Assembly: GCF_009914755.1 (NCBI RefSeq)
Contig: NC_060930.1
From: the human T2T-CHM13v2.0 reference genome, Homo sapiens
Direction: 5' to 3' (one strand)
Length of the DNA: 64,000 nucleotides
This document shows positions 13,560 to 28,010 of this stretch, piece by piece. The notes under the pieces are model-generated. The model did not search any database and had not been told where the DNA came from. It saw nothing but the letters and a program-made list of their open reading frames with translations. Made by a program: the position numbers and the translations under genes. Position 1 is the stretch's first letter, and every line of letters begins with the position of its first letter.

Positions 13560-15477
13560 CTCAATGCTTGACTCTCTACTTGCTTCCTCTTAGCAGTCCC
13601 TGAGGTACCACCATGAAAGGGTCTCTGGAAAGAACAGTGGAAACAGACTAACAAACAATGCTATTATCCTCTCTTTCCCAAGAATCCTCTTCCCCACCCC
13701 TCATTTTCTCAGCAGATGACCTAACCTACTTTACAGGAGAACCTTTTTTAAAGCTGAAGCTTTGTTTCTTCCCTATCAAATCTGTAAACCTATCTACACC
13801 TGTACCAATTCTGTCTCTTATTAACACAACTGTCCCTCTTAATAAATATTTAAGATCCAATCCCTCTACTTATGCTTTGAATCCTAACTTCTCTGACTGC
13901 ACGGAAATCCTACACTATAAATTAGACCTCCACATTCTAGTATGTACACTAACTTCCTCTCAACCAACTCCTTCCCATCTACATGTAAACATGCTCATTT
14001 TGCATCCACTTTAGGAAAAAACAAAAATCCTGCCTAACTGCTATTATCCAACACCTCCCCACCCAAATATCCTGGCTACCCCTTTCCCGTTCTCTTCCTC
14101 TCCGGAAACATGTTTTTAAAAGAATGGTCCATAGTCCATCTAATTTCGTATCCCATCCTCTCCTCAATCTACTCCACACTAGCTCCCACACTCATGACTT
14201 TACAAAAAATAGCTCTTATCAAAAGTTCACCTTCAATTATCAATAACTCCAATAAGCATTTTTAAATCTATACCTTATTTAATGTCCCATAATATTTCAC
14301 CTAACTGTTGAACACTTCCTCATTTGCAAACTATCTTCTCTTAACTTTTGTGACACTCCTTGGCTTGCTTTCTTCCTCTCCAACCATTCCTTCTCATTTT
14401 TCTTTTAGGCTTATACTCCTCTATATAGCCATTAAATAGTGAAGTTCCTTAAGATCCTAGGTACCAGAGTCCAGTTCCAGATCCTCTTTTCTTCTCACTA
14501 TATACTCTCTCTTTGGACAATTGTTATAACAATGATTGCCAAATTTCTATTTATAGCATAGACTTGCATAGCAAACTTTCTTAAAACAGCTCTCTAGAGC
14601 CCCAAAGCATCTGAAACTCAACATATGCAAAACTGAATTGATGGATCCTCATGAAAACATTCCCCACTAAAGTGTTCCCTACCTGGGTGGATGTCAACCC
14701 CATTTATCCAACCTTGGAAGCCAGAAACCAAGGAGCTGCATTTTGCACACAGTTCATTCCTTCCTCCTTCCCATCATATTCCCAATATCCAAGCAGTCAC
14801 CAAGTTCAACTTAATTTTTCCTTCCTATTTTTAAATCCATCTACCTGTATCTCCATAACAGTCCAAATAATCTTTGCAATAAATGCATACCTTTCCCATA
14901 TGCACTCATGCCCCATTCAAATCTATTCTCTATACTGCAATTAGAATGTTCTTTCCAAAATACATATTGGATCAAGTCACCCCTACTTAAAACACTTCTG
15001 ATGCTTTCCTCACTCTTTGGATAAAGATCCAAATCCTTAACTTGGTCTATCAGCCCAGAAATGCATGTATGGTCACTTCTTATTTTTCTAGCTTCACCTG
15101 GCACATTCCCAGTCCCTTTCCCCAACTCTCACTTTTCACGTTTCAAACACATGGCCTTCTTTCAGGTTATTTACGCATAATCTCTCTCTCCTGTCAGACT
15201 TTATCATATAGCATACACTCTGCATTTCCCCACACTTCCTTGCCCAGACAACTCTTCCATGTGTCTCAGATCTTCCCTCTAATGTAACTTCCTTTGTTTT
15301 TCTATACTCTACACAATCCAAGTCTGTTTTCTTGGTTGCACACTTCCTGTGACTTTCCTTTATTAACTCAATATATTGGCTTGTGATTATACATTTAAAA
15401 GTGTAATTTAATGTTTTTCTACTTCACCATTAACTACAAAAGAGCAGGGGCCATGAATCTTTTTGCTCTTAACTATA

Positions 15478-15478
<1 letters not shown>
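13560..15478. mobile_element. Long degraded L2 LINE segment
   Basis: C/T-rich sequence with L2-like motifs (catctgaaactcaacatatgcaaaactgaa; ggataaagatccaaatccttaa). Confidence 0.6.

Positions 15479-15520
<42 letters not shown>
15479..15520. repeat. (CA)21 microsatellite in intron 4
   Basis: Direct reading. Confidence 0.95.
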
Positions 15521-15523
<3 letters not shown>

Positions 15524-16598
15524 TAAACAAAAATATTTTTTAAAATAAAACAATCTTTTCTACTTTTTCTAAACATTCTTTATAAACATATTAATCATAT
15601 TCATATTCTTCATAAATATTAATCCATTATTTACAGATATACATATGTGATTTTCAGTTTTCAACTTAGTAAGAACCCCATATCTTTAATATAAACTTAA
15701 GCTTTTAATTTAAATTAGCTTTTATTTCACTGGTAAATAATTAAAAGACACATTTAAAATAATATAATAATAAAATCTCTTACTATATTGTATATATGTG
15801 GTTTCTCAGTAATCTGCCATACAATATTATTTCAGGGGAAAAATAACCCCTCAAGATCCCCAATTTCTGATATACGAGTTACTTTCTGTGACCCTAAGTG
15901 CTTTCAAATTCTTAACATTCAAGACATAAAAAGTATGACCAGATTATAAAGTCAGTGTGATAAATTATACTAATATAGCTAACACATATTGGCTGCACAC
16001 TGAATGCCAGGCCCTATGGTAAGTGTGGTAAGTTTTACATGGAACTACTCATAACTCTGAGAGGTATATACTATCATTATTCCCATTCTATAAAAAAATT
16101 GTAGAATTTATTTAAAAAGATATTGAGACCTTCCCAAGTTCAAACACAGCACATAAGAGAGTCAAACCATAGCAATCTAACTCTGGACCCTACAATTCAT
16201 ACTATCACACAAATGACCTATTACCTCAAATATGTGTATATATCAATGTGCAAGATATAAGCAAGTCATACAACAGACATTTTGAATAGTTTTCAACAGA
16301 CATTAAACTGAGCCAGAAAAAGAGAAACATTTCACAGTTCACTTGCACTACTAAGGAAACTAGCATAAAAGCATAAATTCCTATAGGTAAAAGGGAACAC
16401 TTTAAAAAATTCTAAGGGTAAAAGTAGAAGATAAAACTACAATATTTATAAGATTATACTGCTCTAAACCCTTAATTTAAAATTAGAAAGTAAAAACAGA
16501 TTAAAGAGTTAATACCAAATTTGTTACTATTTTTTAAATTTCCCCAAGAATGCCCATGTATCAGTAGTGCTCAAAACTTTTTAAACTCATCCACCCTG

Positions 16599-16900
16599 GT
16601 TTTGTTTTTGTTTGTTTTTTAAGGGGGCAGGGGGATCTCGTTCTGTTACCAAGGCTAGGGGGCACAGTCACAGCTCATTGCAGCCTCAAATTCCTGGGCT
16701 CAAACGATCCTCCGACCTCAGCCTCCAGAGCAGCTGAGACTATAGGTGCGTTACATCACACCTAATTTTTATTTTATTTTTTTAGATACAGCATCTCTCT
16801 ATGCTGCCCAGGCTAGTCTGGAACTCCTGGCCTCAAGTGATCCTCCTGCCTCAGCCTCTCAAGTAGCTAGGATTACATGTATGAGCCACCATGCCTAGCT
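16599..16900 (-). mobile_element. AluJ
   Basis: Diverged dimeric Alu with J-type text (tcctgggctcaaacgatcctcc). Confidence 0.88.
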
Positions 16901-17202
16901 CTCATCCCTTTTTGATGAACAAAACATTTTCTCTCCTCCAATAAGATGCAAGAATGGGCCCTATGGATGCAAATCCTGATGCCATCCCATTGAGATTCAC
17001 ACCTCTACTGGCTAAACCAGGAGGCTAGTCAGAGCTTTTTCAAACTTATGTCCCTTCCACCTCCGTTCTCAGTTGAGTTGCTTGCTATGGGAACAACAAT
17101 CTTTGGCTAACTGTCCATCCATTTTAACTCTTTTTCATAGTTAAAATTTGAATTAGCCAAAGGTATCCTTTTTTTAAAATATCATGTTATATTATTTAGA
17201 GT

Positions 17203-17399
17203 GCAAGTCAGCAAACATTTGTAACCATCATATGGTAAATATTTGAGGCTTTAAGAATAATATACTATCTCCATTGCATGTTCTTATTTTTTAAAAACAA
17301 TTCTTTAAAAATGCAATAACAATGCTTAGCTTAATGGCCTTCCAAAAACAGATCTCCTGCACAATTTACCCACAGCAGCCATTAGTTTACCACCCCCTG
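17203..17399. mobile_element. MER58-like hAT element
   Basis: gtcagcaaacattt...gtaaatatttgaggcttt...tagtttaccaccccctg. Confidence 0.6.
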
Positions 17400-17896
17400 A
17401 TCGAAAGAATGATTCATGGTTCTAGCAACGTTTCCATCAGCAAGAACAAAAGAATTCTGTGAAACAGCAGCAACTCTGCTCATTCCTTGTCCATCTTGGC
17501 CCAAGTCATAAATCTGTATCATCCCTTTTCCAGATCACATATATAAAGTATTTCTAAAATTATCCATTGCAATTTGAACAAAAGGGTCATCTTCTGAGAA
17601 TGTGAATTACAGTATGGAAGAAACAAGAAACTGAGCTCTTTGAGAGGTTTATTATCCCGCATTTTTGGCTAAAACAACATTTTCTGATAGTATGCTACTT
17701 CACATAAACAGCCATCCTTCCCAGCCAAAAAATTTTGCCATTATCTCAGTGGAAGGTATTGTTAAAAGGCAAGTGTTATCAGTAGGAAGAAAATACAATG
17801 GATCTGGAAGCTGCTGCATTCTACCAGACTTACAGTCACTAAGAACTCTACTCAGTTTTTAAAGAAATGGTCAGTAGTTTAAAATGCGAAATCTCA

Positions 17897-18284
<388 letters not shown>

Positions 18285-20352
18285 TCAGTGTCCTCATCTG
18301 TATGACTGGTATCACAACAGTCACCACCTTGGAAAGTAGTCATAAATTATTAAATTAAACCATATGAAGCAGTTAGTACTGTACCTAACAGTTGGCTGTT
18401 ACTTTAATTACATTCTATATTACATATTGACCCTTCGTGTTGAACAAAATCTTTGTAAATCTAAATAGGAAAAAAATTTGAGCATGTTTTTAACAACCTT
18501 TTCAAAGTGATGTTAGATCAATATATTCATTCCAATTATTTGATTTAGCTGTGAAGACCTAGAAGTGCCCTTCTTTCCTCTAGTATATAATTATTATGAA
18601 AATAAGACCCTGCTGTTTGGCACCAGTATCATTTGTCTAACTAGGCTTTCACTTCATCCTTATGTTCTGAACACCTAATTGGTTCTAAAAAAGTCAGTTT
18701 TTCAGATCTTCTCAAATCTATTCTCTCACAGTTTTGTCAGATATAAAAGGCTAGTTACACTTCTGCTCTCTATTATGTTTTTGAGTTCTAAAAGGCCAGT
18801 TTATTGGAATATAGTTCTTATTTGTACACTACTGTAGCATATAAACAAAATTATAGAAATACAATATATTGTATATACATTAATTATATTTTATTATTTA
18901 TAATATATAATATACAATATATAAATATAAATTTATAGAAATACTATGTGATAATTACTGTGTAAGGCCTATATTAAAATCCCAGCCCCTAAAATTCTAA
19001 AAACATCCAAGCTTACAATTATAAATCTGTTACTAACAGTGTGGGTTAAATTATATCTATAATCTTTAAAGAAAGAATGCATTTTCTGATTTTTTAACTG
19101 TAATAGCTTCTCCACAGAAAAACAGAGTACTTACTTTGTGCTGAGTGTTCCCAAAATTTATTTATCTTCATAAGCACATAAGCTTAACTACTCTCCCTAT
19201 TTCATACATAAAGAAAACTGAAGTTCAAAGGCAGCAGTTTGTCTGAGGGCACACATTTGGAAAATAGGAGAAATAGTAATCAAACCCAGGTCTCCTGATT
19301 CCAAGTTTACTGATATTTTTATTATGTTACAGCTTCCTTATTAGAACTTTAGTTTTTCTCCCCATCGACACGTAGATTTGATTAAAAACTTAATAGAACC
19401 CATATAAGTCAGTACAAGTCAAGTCCTCTAACCTGGGTAACTATTCTCAGAAGGACCCTTAGATGCCTATTATTTCTTTATAATTATAATAAAATTAATA
19501 TAGAACCTTATTAAGTGTAAAAATCTTGATGGTCTATTTGCTCAAGTAATTGTGAATAAACAAGCTTCAAAGAATATGTCATATTCAGAATTTACTTAAC
19601 TGTTAAGAATTCATTTAGATAATAATTCAGTTTACATTATCAATACAAATACCAACACAAATTTGTCATTTAAAGAAAATGCAATACTATAAGAAAAACA
19701 AACAAAAAAAGAAAATGCAATACTACGCTTCCAAATTTTATTCATCATAAACCAATTACATCTGGCTAAAAAAAAGAGACTCTATTCAGAATTGAGGTTT
19801 CCATAAACCAAAGTAGGGATGCTCCATAAAAAATAATTTAAAATACAACAAAATGACAACATTTAACTGCTTAAAATAACAAATTTTCAAGTTTTGATGT
19901 TTAAGTCGTCATATGTGCTAATTTGTGTAATTTTAAAATTCTCTTTAAAGCATTATTAGTAAAACGTTAAACTCAAATCTAGGAATCTGATGAAAAGTTA
20001 CTGTGTATTAATTTAAGGACGAAACATCCTTTAACTGCTTATACTAAGGCCAATGTAAATAATCTTGAATGACCAGTTTCATTTTTAATGTTTCAGTTTC
20101 AAGCACAGTACTCAAAATAACACAATTCTTATACAATGACAGCAAAGTTGTTTCAGACAACGGATGTTTCACTAAGTTGCCTAGAATTTAGTGTCTCTAC
20201 ACCCAAAAACTAAACCAGAGTCAAACACAAGGTATGTATTTCTTGCATTATACTATAACCTTTCCCAAGACAAGTTACATGCCTTTTTCTATTCATGACA
20301 GAGACCAAATAGACCATGACACATGACCATGGGTCAGCTGGAGTCCAGAACA

Positions 20353-20648
20353 CAGTCATCCTCCAATCTTCATGGGGGAATGGTTCCAGGAAACCCCACA
20401 CCAAAATCAAAATCCAGGATGCTCTAATTCCTCATATAAACTGGCACAGTATTTTCGTATAACCTTTACACTCCTCCTGCACACTTTAAATCATCTCTAG
20501 ATTACTTATAATATCTAATACAACGTAAATGTTATGTAAATAATTGTTACAATGTATTTTAAAAATTTTTTATGTATTTTTTTCTAAACTATTTTGATCT
20601 ACAGTTGAATTCACAGATGTGACACCCGCAGATAAGGAAGGCCTGCTG
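20353..20648. mobile_element. MER2 (TcMar-Tigger) MITE
   Basis: cagtcatcctcc...ggttccagga...actttaaatcatctctagattacttataata...ggcctgctg followed by TA. Confidence 0.85.
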
Positions 20649-22195
20649 TACATGAATTCTTCCTGTGTCTCTTCTGCAAAAAAACCTGCCATAGCCATCT
20701 GTACTGTCATGGATAACCTAGGGCTTACCTATACCACACATCTCATTCTCCTTACAATTTAGTTTTAATATAAGAAGAAGCTGCATTCGACTATGTTGCC
20801 ACCTAAATTTTCTTATCAAAAACTCCTCATCCAACCATCCTTTTCTTACCTGTGATGCCTAAGCTCAAATACGGCTGTTTTTGAGTGTGTAAGGTAAATA
20901 AAGGAGGACCTGCCTCACAACTGATGATTGCCTTCTCTGTAGTAACTTGTCAACTTACATTCATCACTATTCAATAAGATAACAGTTTGTGATTTTTCAG
21001 TACCCTGCTTTATCAAATTCCATCAAGAAAAAACATGTTATCATTTTCACCAATTTGTTATAAAATACTTACACTCCTCTATATTCCATAGGTCCAATAA
21101 CATTATTCACTGCAAAGTAATTTATTAACTCACAATTTCCTCATAATTTCATTGACATAGCTTCTCAAAAAATAATAGAAACTGAGAATGTTCACATTTA
21201 AAATGTCTTTCTAAAATTTTAAATTTGATTCCTATAATAGCCTTTGCCACTTTTAGATATAACCACAAAAGCAACTTAAATATCCTAAAATTAGCTGTTA
21301 AAAATTTTTTTCTAAGTAAAAGTGCATTAAAATAGGAAGTTATTTTAAATAAGTATGTTTGGTATTCTCTGGCAACTAAAGGCTACTTAGCTTAGTATTA
21401 CAGATATTTTTCTATGAATTCTGAAATTTATACAAGGAAACTACTAGTAAGAATGAAACTAACCTATTTAGTATTACTTGTTCAGAGTAAGTTGTACAAG
21501 ATACATTTTATTTGTTACAATTCTGTAGTGACATGGTAAATACCCACAAAACTTGAGAAAGGGAAGAATGACTGTCAATTGGTTTTAACTTAAGCTGAAG
21601 CTGCATTAGACTATTATTATTATTATTTTCTTATTATTCATCCACAACTTTCCAGATTATGAAAAAAAAAAAGAAAACCAAAAACTAACTTACAAAGAAA
21701 TTCTGAATCAACTAAAAAACTGAAATCGGTTAGGATTTATTTTACCTAAAGCTAAAGTCTTTCTTGAATTCTGTTTAAAATATATATAAACAGATTGACA
21801 AAACAGAAGTCAAGACATCTCTTCTCTGACAGTTTCCAAAAAGAATACAAACTATTGTGATGGTTGTAAATCTCACAAATAACTGTATAGAAGGAGGCAG
21901 ACGCCATAGCCAAATTCTCTTCATATATTCCTAAATGTCATTTGATGATTACCCAAAGAAAAAAAGCTTTGCATATTCTCTAATCCATTCAGGATATGTC
22001 AACCACCCAAATTATTTCTTAATGTTCAGTGTTCCATAAAAACAAGTCACAGTAGAAATCAGTAGCACAATTTTTCCAGAGGTCTATCCACAATGCCTTA
22101 ACCATGATTTATTTTTGGTATTAAACATTTTTCCTTTATTTTTTAGACCTGTTTCATCCTTGAGTCTATAAAGTAATTATAGTATCTTCCGAAGA

Positions 22196-22477
22196 TTTTT
22201 TTTTTTCTTTTCTTGAGACAGGGTATCACTGTGTCACCCACGCTGGAGGGCAGTGGCATGGGGCACAGCTTATTGCAGCTTCAACCTCCCTGGGCTCAGG
22301 CGATCCTCTCACCTCAGCCTTCGGGGTAATTGGGACTACAGGCATGCGCCACTACACCTGGCTAATTTTTTTTTTTAGTTTTTGTAGAGATGGGGTTTTC
22401 CATTTTGTCCAGGCTGGTCTCCAACTCATGGCCTCCCAAAGTACTGGGATTACAGGCATGAGCCACCACACCTGGAC
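22196..22477 (-). mobile_element. AluJ with a small left-arm deletion
   Basis: Dimeric Alu; TSD TCTTC(C/T)GAAG at 22185-22194 and 22478-22487. Confidence 0.9.
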
Positions 22478-25400
22478 TCTTCTGAAGTTTTAATGTGGCC
22501 TTTTTATACTGCAGATTCTATGTTCAGAAAGTATATACATACTTGTGCCTGGAATAAAAATGTAAATGCTTTTCTTAAAGAAAACTTTATTATAAAGCTC
22601 TAAGCAGAACAACCTTTACTACCACTACTAAAGTTCTGATAATAGCAAACCAAAACCCTTACATAGTACTTGATTCATGCCAGTTATTACTCACAGACCA
22701 CACAAAGTAGAAGCTATTATTAGCCCATTTTACAGAATGGAAAACAGACTCCCTCAATACGATTCTGCCTCACAACAATCAAATAAAAACCATTATGGTT
22801 TGGGAAAGGGACATTCCAGCTCCCGCTTTATGCTCATGCCGCTTTACAACTATTTAAGAATATTAACAATACAGTAAGTATTGCATTTAAAAAGTTTGTA
22901 AATGCCTCAAATTTTAAAAAATGGTATAAGCATCAATAGAATAATTCTATATGTAAGAAAGAATGAAGAATGCTCCTTCAGCCTCTCAGCAACATATTCA
23001 CACCTAACATTTTATTCATCATATAACCCTTCACACCTAACATATTTTATTCATCATTATAACGACCATATGAGATTAAAGCTGTTTTAGAGACTACCAC
23101 GCAAAGCTTCTATTTCATTGATACTCTACTAAAAAAGGAAATAGTAACTCTACTACAACTACACACATTTACTTTATTACATGTTCACCCAACCCCAAAA
23201 AATTATAATAATCAAGTGTTGAAACTATGTTATCTTCAATATAGAATGGGAATCCCTACTTCTAAAACATTTAATATGATATCTTTTTTTTTTCCCTGAA
23301 AGTTGTCTCTAGGTTTTATACCTTAACTTTCACATTAATCAGCACACACTAAATAAATGTATACCTAAGATATATACTTAAATAAATCCTATCCATCATT
23401 CCTATTCATCTCTGAATTTGAGACCAACAATAATGAAAACTAGTACTTAAACTATGATGGAAATCATGGTAATTTTGGGGCATTTTACAACGTAGTTAGT
23501 GTCTCAAATCATCTTTGCAACAAGAAATGATATTACCACCAAAGAATGGCACTATGAAAAGCATTTATATAATTTTGTAACCTATGTGATTTCTACTTTT
23601 CTGTGTTTTGGAAAACTAAGCTCTAAGAATGAAATAAAGCTTAGTTCTTAAATACAATGTACTGCTATTTCTAGTTCAAAATCACAGATTTTCAGATTGA
23701 AAAAATTTCAATCCACTTATTTTTCAAATGAGATAACTGGGACAAAGAGAAATTCCATGACTTGCCCAAGATTACCTACAGTTTAACTGTCAGCGGGGCT
23801 TAAAACCACAATCCACATCTCCTGACTCCCAATCCTTTCACTTAAAACAAACAAGCAAACAAACAAAAAAGATTTCTAATAAAGTGGAATAATTTTAAGA
23901 AAGGCAAGTATCACTATTTTACAAGGAAAAAATTAAATCATTTTAACAGATTGGCAAAACATGAACTAGTTCTTGGGGGGAAAAAAGAGAAGTCTTACAA
24001 GAAAAAATGTAATCAAGAGAGTGCCAAATTCGGTAAAATGCTTGAAAATTCTGCCTCTAGATCTCGTAAATATGCAATCATCATTAAGTGACAACTAGAA
24101 AGCAGACTTAATAAACTAACTAGATTCACTATTCAAACTAAGAAATAAACAAATGACAAAGCTTTCCTTTCGTCCAAAAAAAGTTTTTTATTCTACAGTT
24201 TAAGAATTCTGATACTTGGAAAAAGTGCCCCTTTTCTTTAAAATAAATCTCATATTTTAAAAAATGTAAAATCTAATTAAACGTATACCATAGTACCAAA
24301 AACAACTTTTAGCTTCCTATCCAATTCCATTTACTTTGTTAAAAATGTTTTAAATCTTAAGGTAGATGGTGATAATCAGTCATGTTTTATACCAGAGACA
24401 GAAACAACCATAAGATACGACCATTTCCTTTCTCAATCACACTTGAAATGAACGCATCAATTTTAACCTGCAAACTTTTAAAACTGCTCTTAAAATTCTA
24501 CTTTCCTCTTGATTAAAATTCAACCATTGCGATTGTAACTAGACTAACTACAGATGATCAGTGACTATTTTTAAATTCACATCTACAAATATTACACCCC
24601 ATTTTAAGCAGCAATAATTTGAGGTTTCCTAGAAATTTCAATGCGATGTGATATATGAGTTCTCCCATTTAAAATATTGCTCAGTTTATTAGTTAATACA
24701 ACAAATCATTTCCAGGTAGAGTAGAAACTAATGACTCAACAAGTAATTTTCAAATCAATGTTAAATAAATTCAACTCGATATACAACAACGTAAAACTTT
24801 TTAAGTCAGAATAATTAAAATAGAAAATACTGTACAAGAGACTTTGCATGTGCTGACTTAGATATTAAACAGCGAGATCAACTATTGAACAAAAAAATCC
24901 AGTGTTCCAAATGTTTTTAGACCTAACTAAATCTCAACTAAAAAGGTAAAATAAAGTTAACTCACACACCTAGATATACAGTTTGATGGATGAGAAAGCA
25001 CCTCAAATGGTACCTTGCATCCAGTAGATATAGAGTAAGCAATATGCTGAATGAATGAAAAGAGAAAACGAGTCAAAGAACTCCAAGTTCTAATAAGATT
25101 TCTAAACTGTCTGATGAGTATGCCAACGTTCCTGTTCTAGTAAGGAGAAAACTCCAAGCAAGAAAAACCACTTCCATTCAAAATAGGTGAATTTTGAGCA
25201 TAATACATAGATAGAAAGAATGCTTACTGTATCTTAAATCTGCGATGCAGACTAGGGATAGAAATTCACTTTACTAATAATTCCTCCCCCCACCCTCCCC
25301 CCAAAAATTAAATTAACTCAAAATCAAAATTGATAGCTCATTTTTACTGAAAAAAAAAACAAAAAAACAAAATGATATTCCTACGAGGATTAGCCATTAC

Positions 25401-27162
25401 CATAATTTAGCCAGATAACATTAAGCTGCTTCATTTAAAAAATGTAACATTACCAAAAGATTAAGAAAATGCAGCATTCCTCAGTGACTTAAGGTTTGTG
25501 GGTTTTTAAGAGATGCACAGATGTAAAAGCAGATGCAAAGACGAGTTTTGTAAAACCTGCCCCATCTTAAAAATGGAGTATTATAATCTTTGCGATAATT
25601 TTTTTAAATATCAAGGAAGACATGTAAATTCACTGAAGACTTCTATCAAGTATTTGTAAACCTAAAAATTAATTTCAAATTAGTAAATCTTGGAGTTTAC
25701 TTCCAGCTCCATTCACTTTGGCCAAGAATTGAATGAAAGTAACCCAAATCACTCCTTGAAAATTAACACACGTTCAGTGTGAAAATGAATACACTAATAC
25801 ACTGTTAAATCTCCATTAGATGTATTAAACCTCAGTACCCTTGCTTATTTCAACAGCCTTGAGCGGTTATCAACATCTTATATTAAACCACAAGAGATTT
25901 ATACACAAAAGTTAGGAAATACACTACATACCAAAAAAAGCGCCATTATAATCATGTCCTGCTTTCACCTCACAAAAGACACTCATTCTAAGCTCGCTGA
26001 AACTTCCTAGTCATTAGAGAAGTTCTGATGAAGTAACATTAGTAATCATAACTATCTCAAAACAGTTACAAAAGCCTCATAAAATCAACACACTACATAA
26101 ATTTCAAAGGCTTGGTGGGTCCGGTGCGACTGCTTTAACTGCCCCACACACATATTCACACAACGAACCTGTATCAGTTTAGGAGAAAGTGTTACAGAAA
26201 ATATAGCTCCTTTAAAGTAACTTCCAATCACAATACTGAAGTGATAAATCCACTTCTGAAAAGCAATTTTTAAAGATTCCTAAAATACTCATTTTGACAA
26301 CCCACAAAATTAAGGTTTTTAAGCTATTAAACAAAATATGTCCCAATATAAACACAACTTTCATAGGCCAAGTTCCATCCCACAGTAAATATGTGGACAA
26401 AAATCAAAACTCTTCAGTGTACTCCAATAATAATTTTTAATTAAACGAGAGGCATACCATAAGAATTAAAAAAAGCCTACTAAACTTCTGGTTTTAGGGA
26501 ATTACAGGCTTTACACTTCTGCAAAGATGTGTTTTAGTAAATGCAAGACGAAGCACTGACCAACTATCATCACACATCAGAATCCTTCCAACAAAAAACC
26601 CAGGACTGAATTTAAGGAAAACAAAATAAACGACAGAGGGGGAAAAAATAATGTCTTGCCACGGTACCGCAGCGGCTGGATAGCCTGCTTGTGAAATGCT
26701 AATGCCACTTCGGAGCAGTTAGTCACCAGCTATTGTGTAGGGCAGGAGAAAGCCGAGCCGGCCGCGCGTGCAGAGCGAGCAAGCGAACGAGCGAGCGCGC
26801 TCTCCCTCTTCGCGCCGCTCCCGCCGCCGCCGACTCTCGCGCGCCCCCGCGCCCGCACGGACGCGCGCGCCGGCCCCTCCTCCTCCGGCCTTGCACTGCA
26901 CAACACTCATGACGTATCTTTATTTCTAGCACATTAACAAAATATCACAAATAAATTGTCCGCAGCCCCTGCGGCCCCGAAGTACGAGTACCCCCGGCCA
27001 CTGGCCCCCGCAGACCCCGCGCCGGCCTCCCAACCCTCCCCATGGCCTTTGGAGCTTTCACGTTCTAGGGCCAAGTTTTTGTCTCTGTAAAAAATTGCGG
27101 GAAATTCAATTTTTATTCGACTCAGGGAAAAGTTTCTTTGCTCTGCGACGTGAATGTCTCAC

Positions 27163-27222
27163 CAGATTCTGGTAGGTCCTGGGATGCTCCTTCCCGGTCC
27201 AGTCGGTGCGCCGGGGCAGCAG
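27163..27222 (-). CDS. PHIP: PHIP coding exon 4 ([20 protein letters not shown])
   Basis: Acceptor CTCTCCCCGCAG|, donor CTG|GTGAGA; 60 nt, phase 0-0. Confidence 0.95.
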
Positions 27223-27414
27223 CTGCGGGGAGAGGACACCCCGTGAGCCCGGCCCCCGGCCCCTACCCGCCCGCTCCCCTCCCCCGCCCGCCCCGCGCCC
27301 CGGCGGGGACCCCGAGCCCCGCGCCCCGCGCCCTGCCGGCGGCGGCAGCGGCGGCGCAGCGGCCCAGAGGCGGCCGCGCGGCGGCGGGACGCGCCGGGCC
27401 GCCGCCGCCCTTAC

Positions 27415-28010
<596 letters not shown>

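Noticed and set aside
20845-20910. Another pseudo-exon candidate (25 nt, donor CAG|GTAAGA) in intron 4
   Set aside because: Acceptor has an A-rich stretch right before the AG; indistinguishable from background splice-like sites
22410-22445. Similar left-arm deletions in two AluJ copies (22.4 kb and 53.7 kb)
   Set aside because: Junctions differ, and short internal GCCTC-type repeats make recurrent deletion likely
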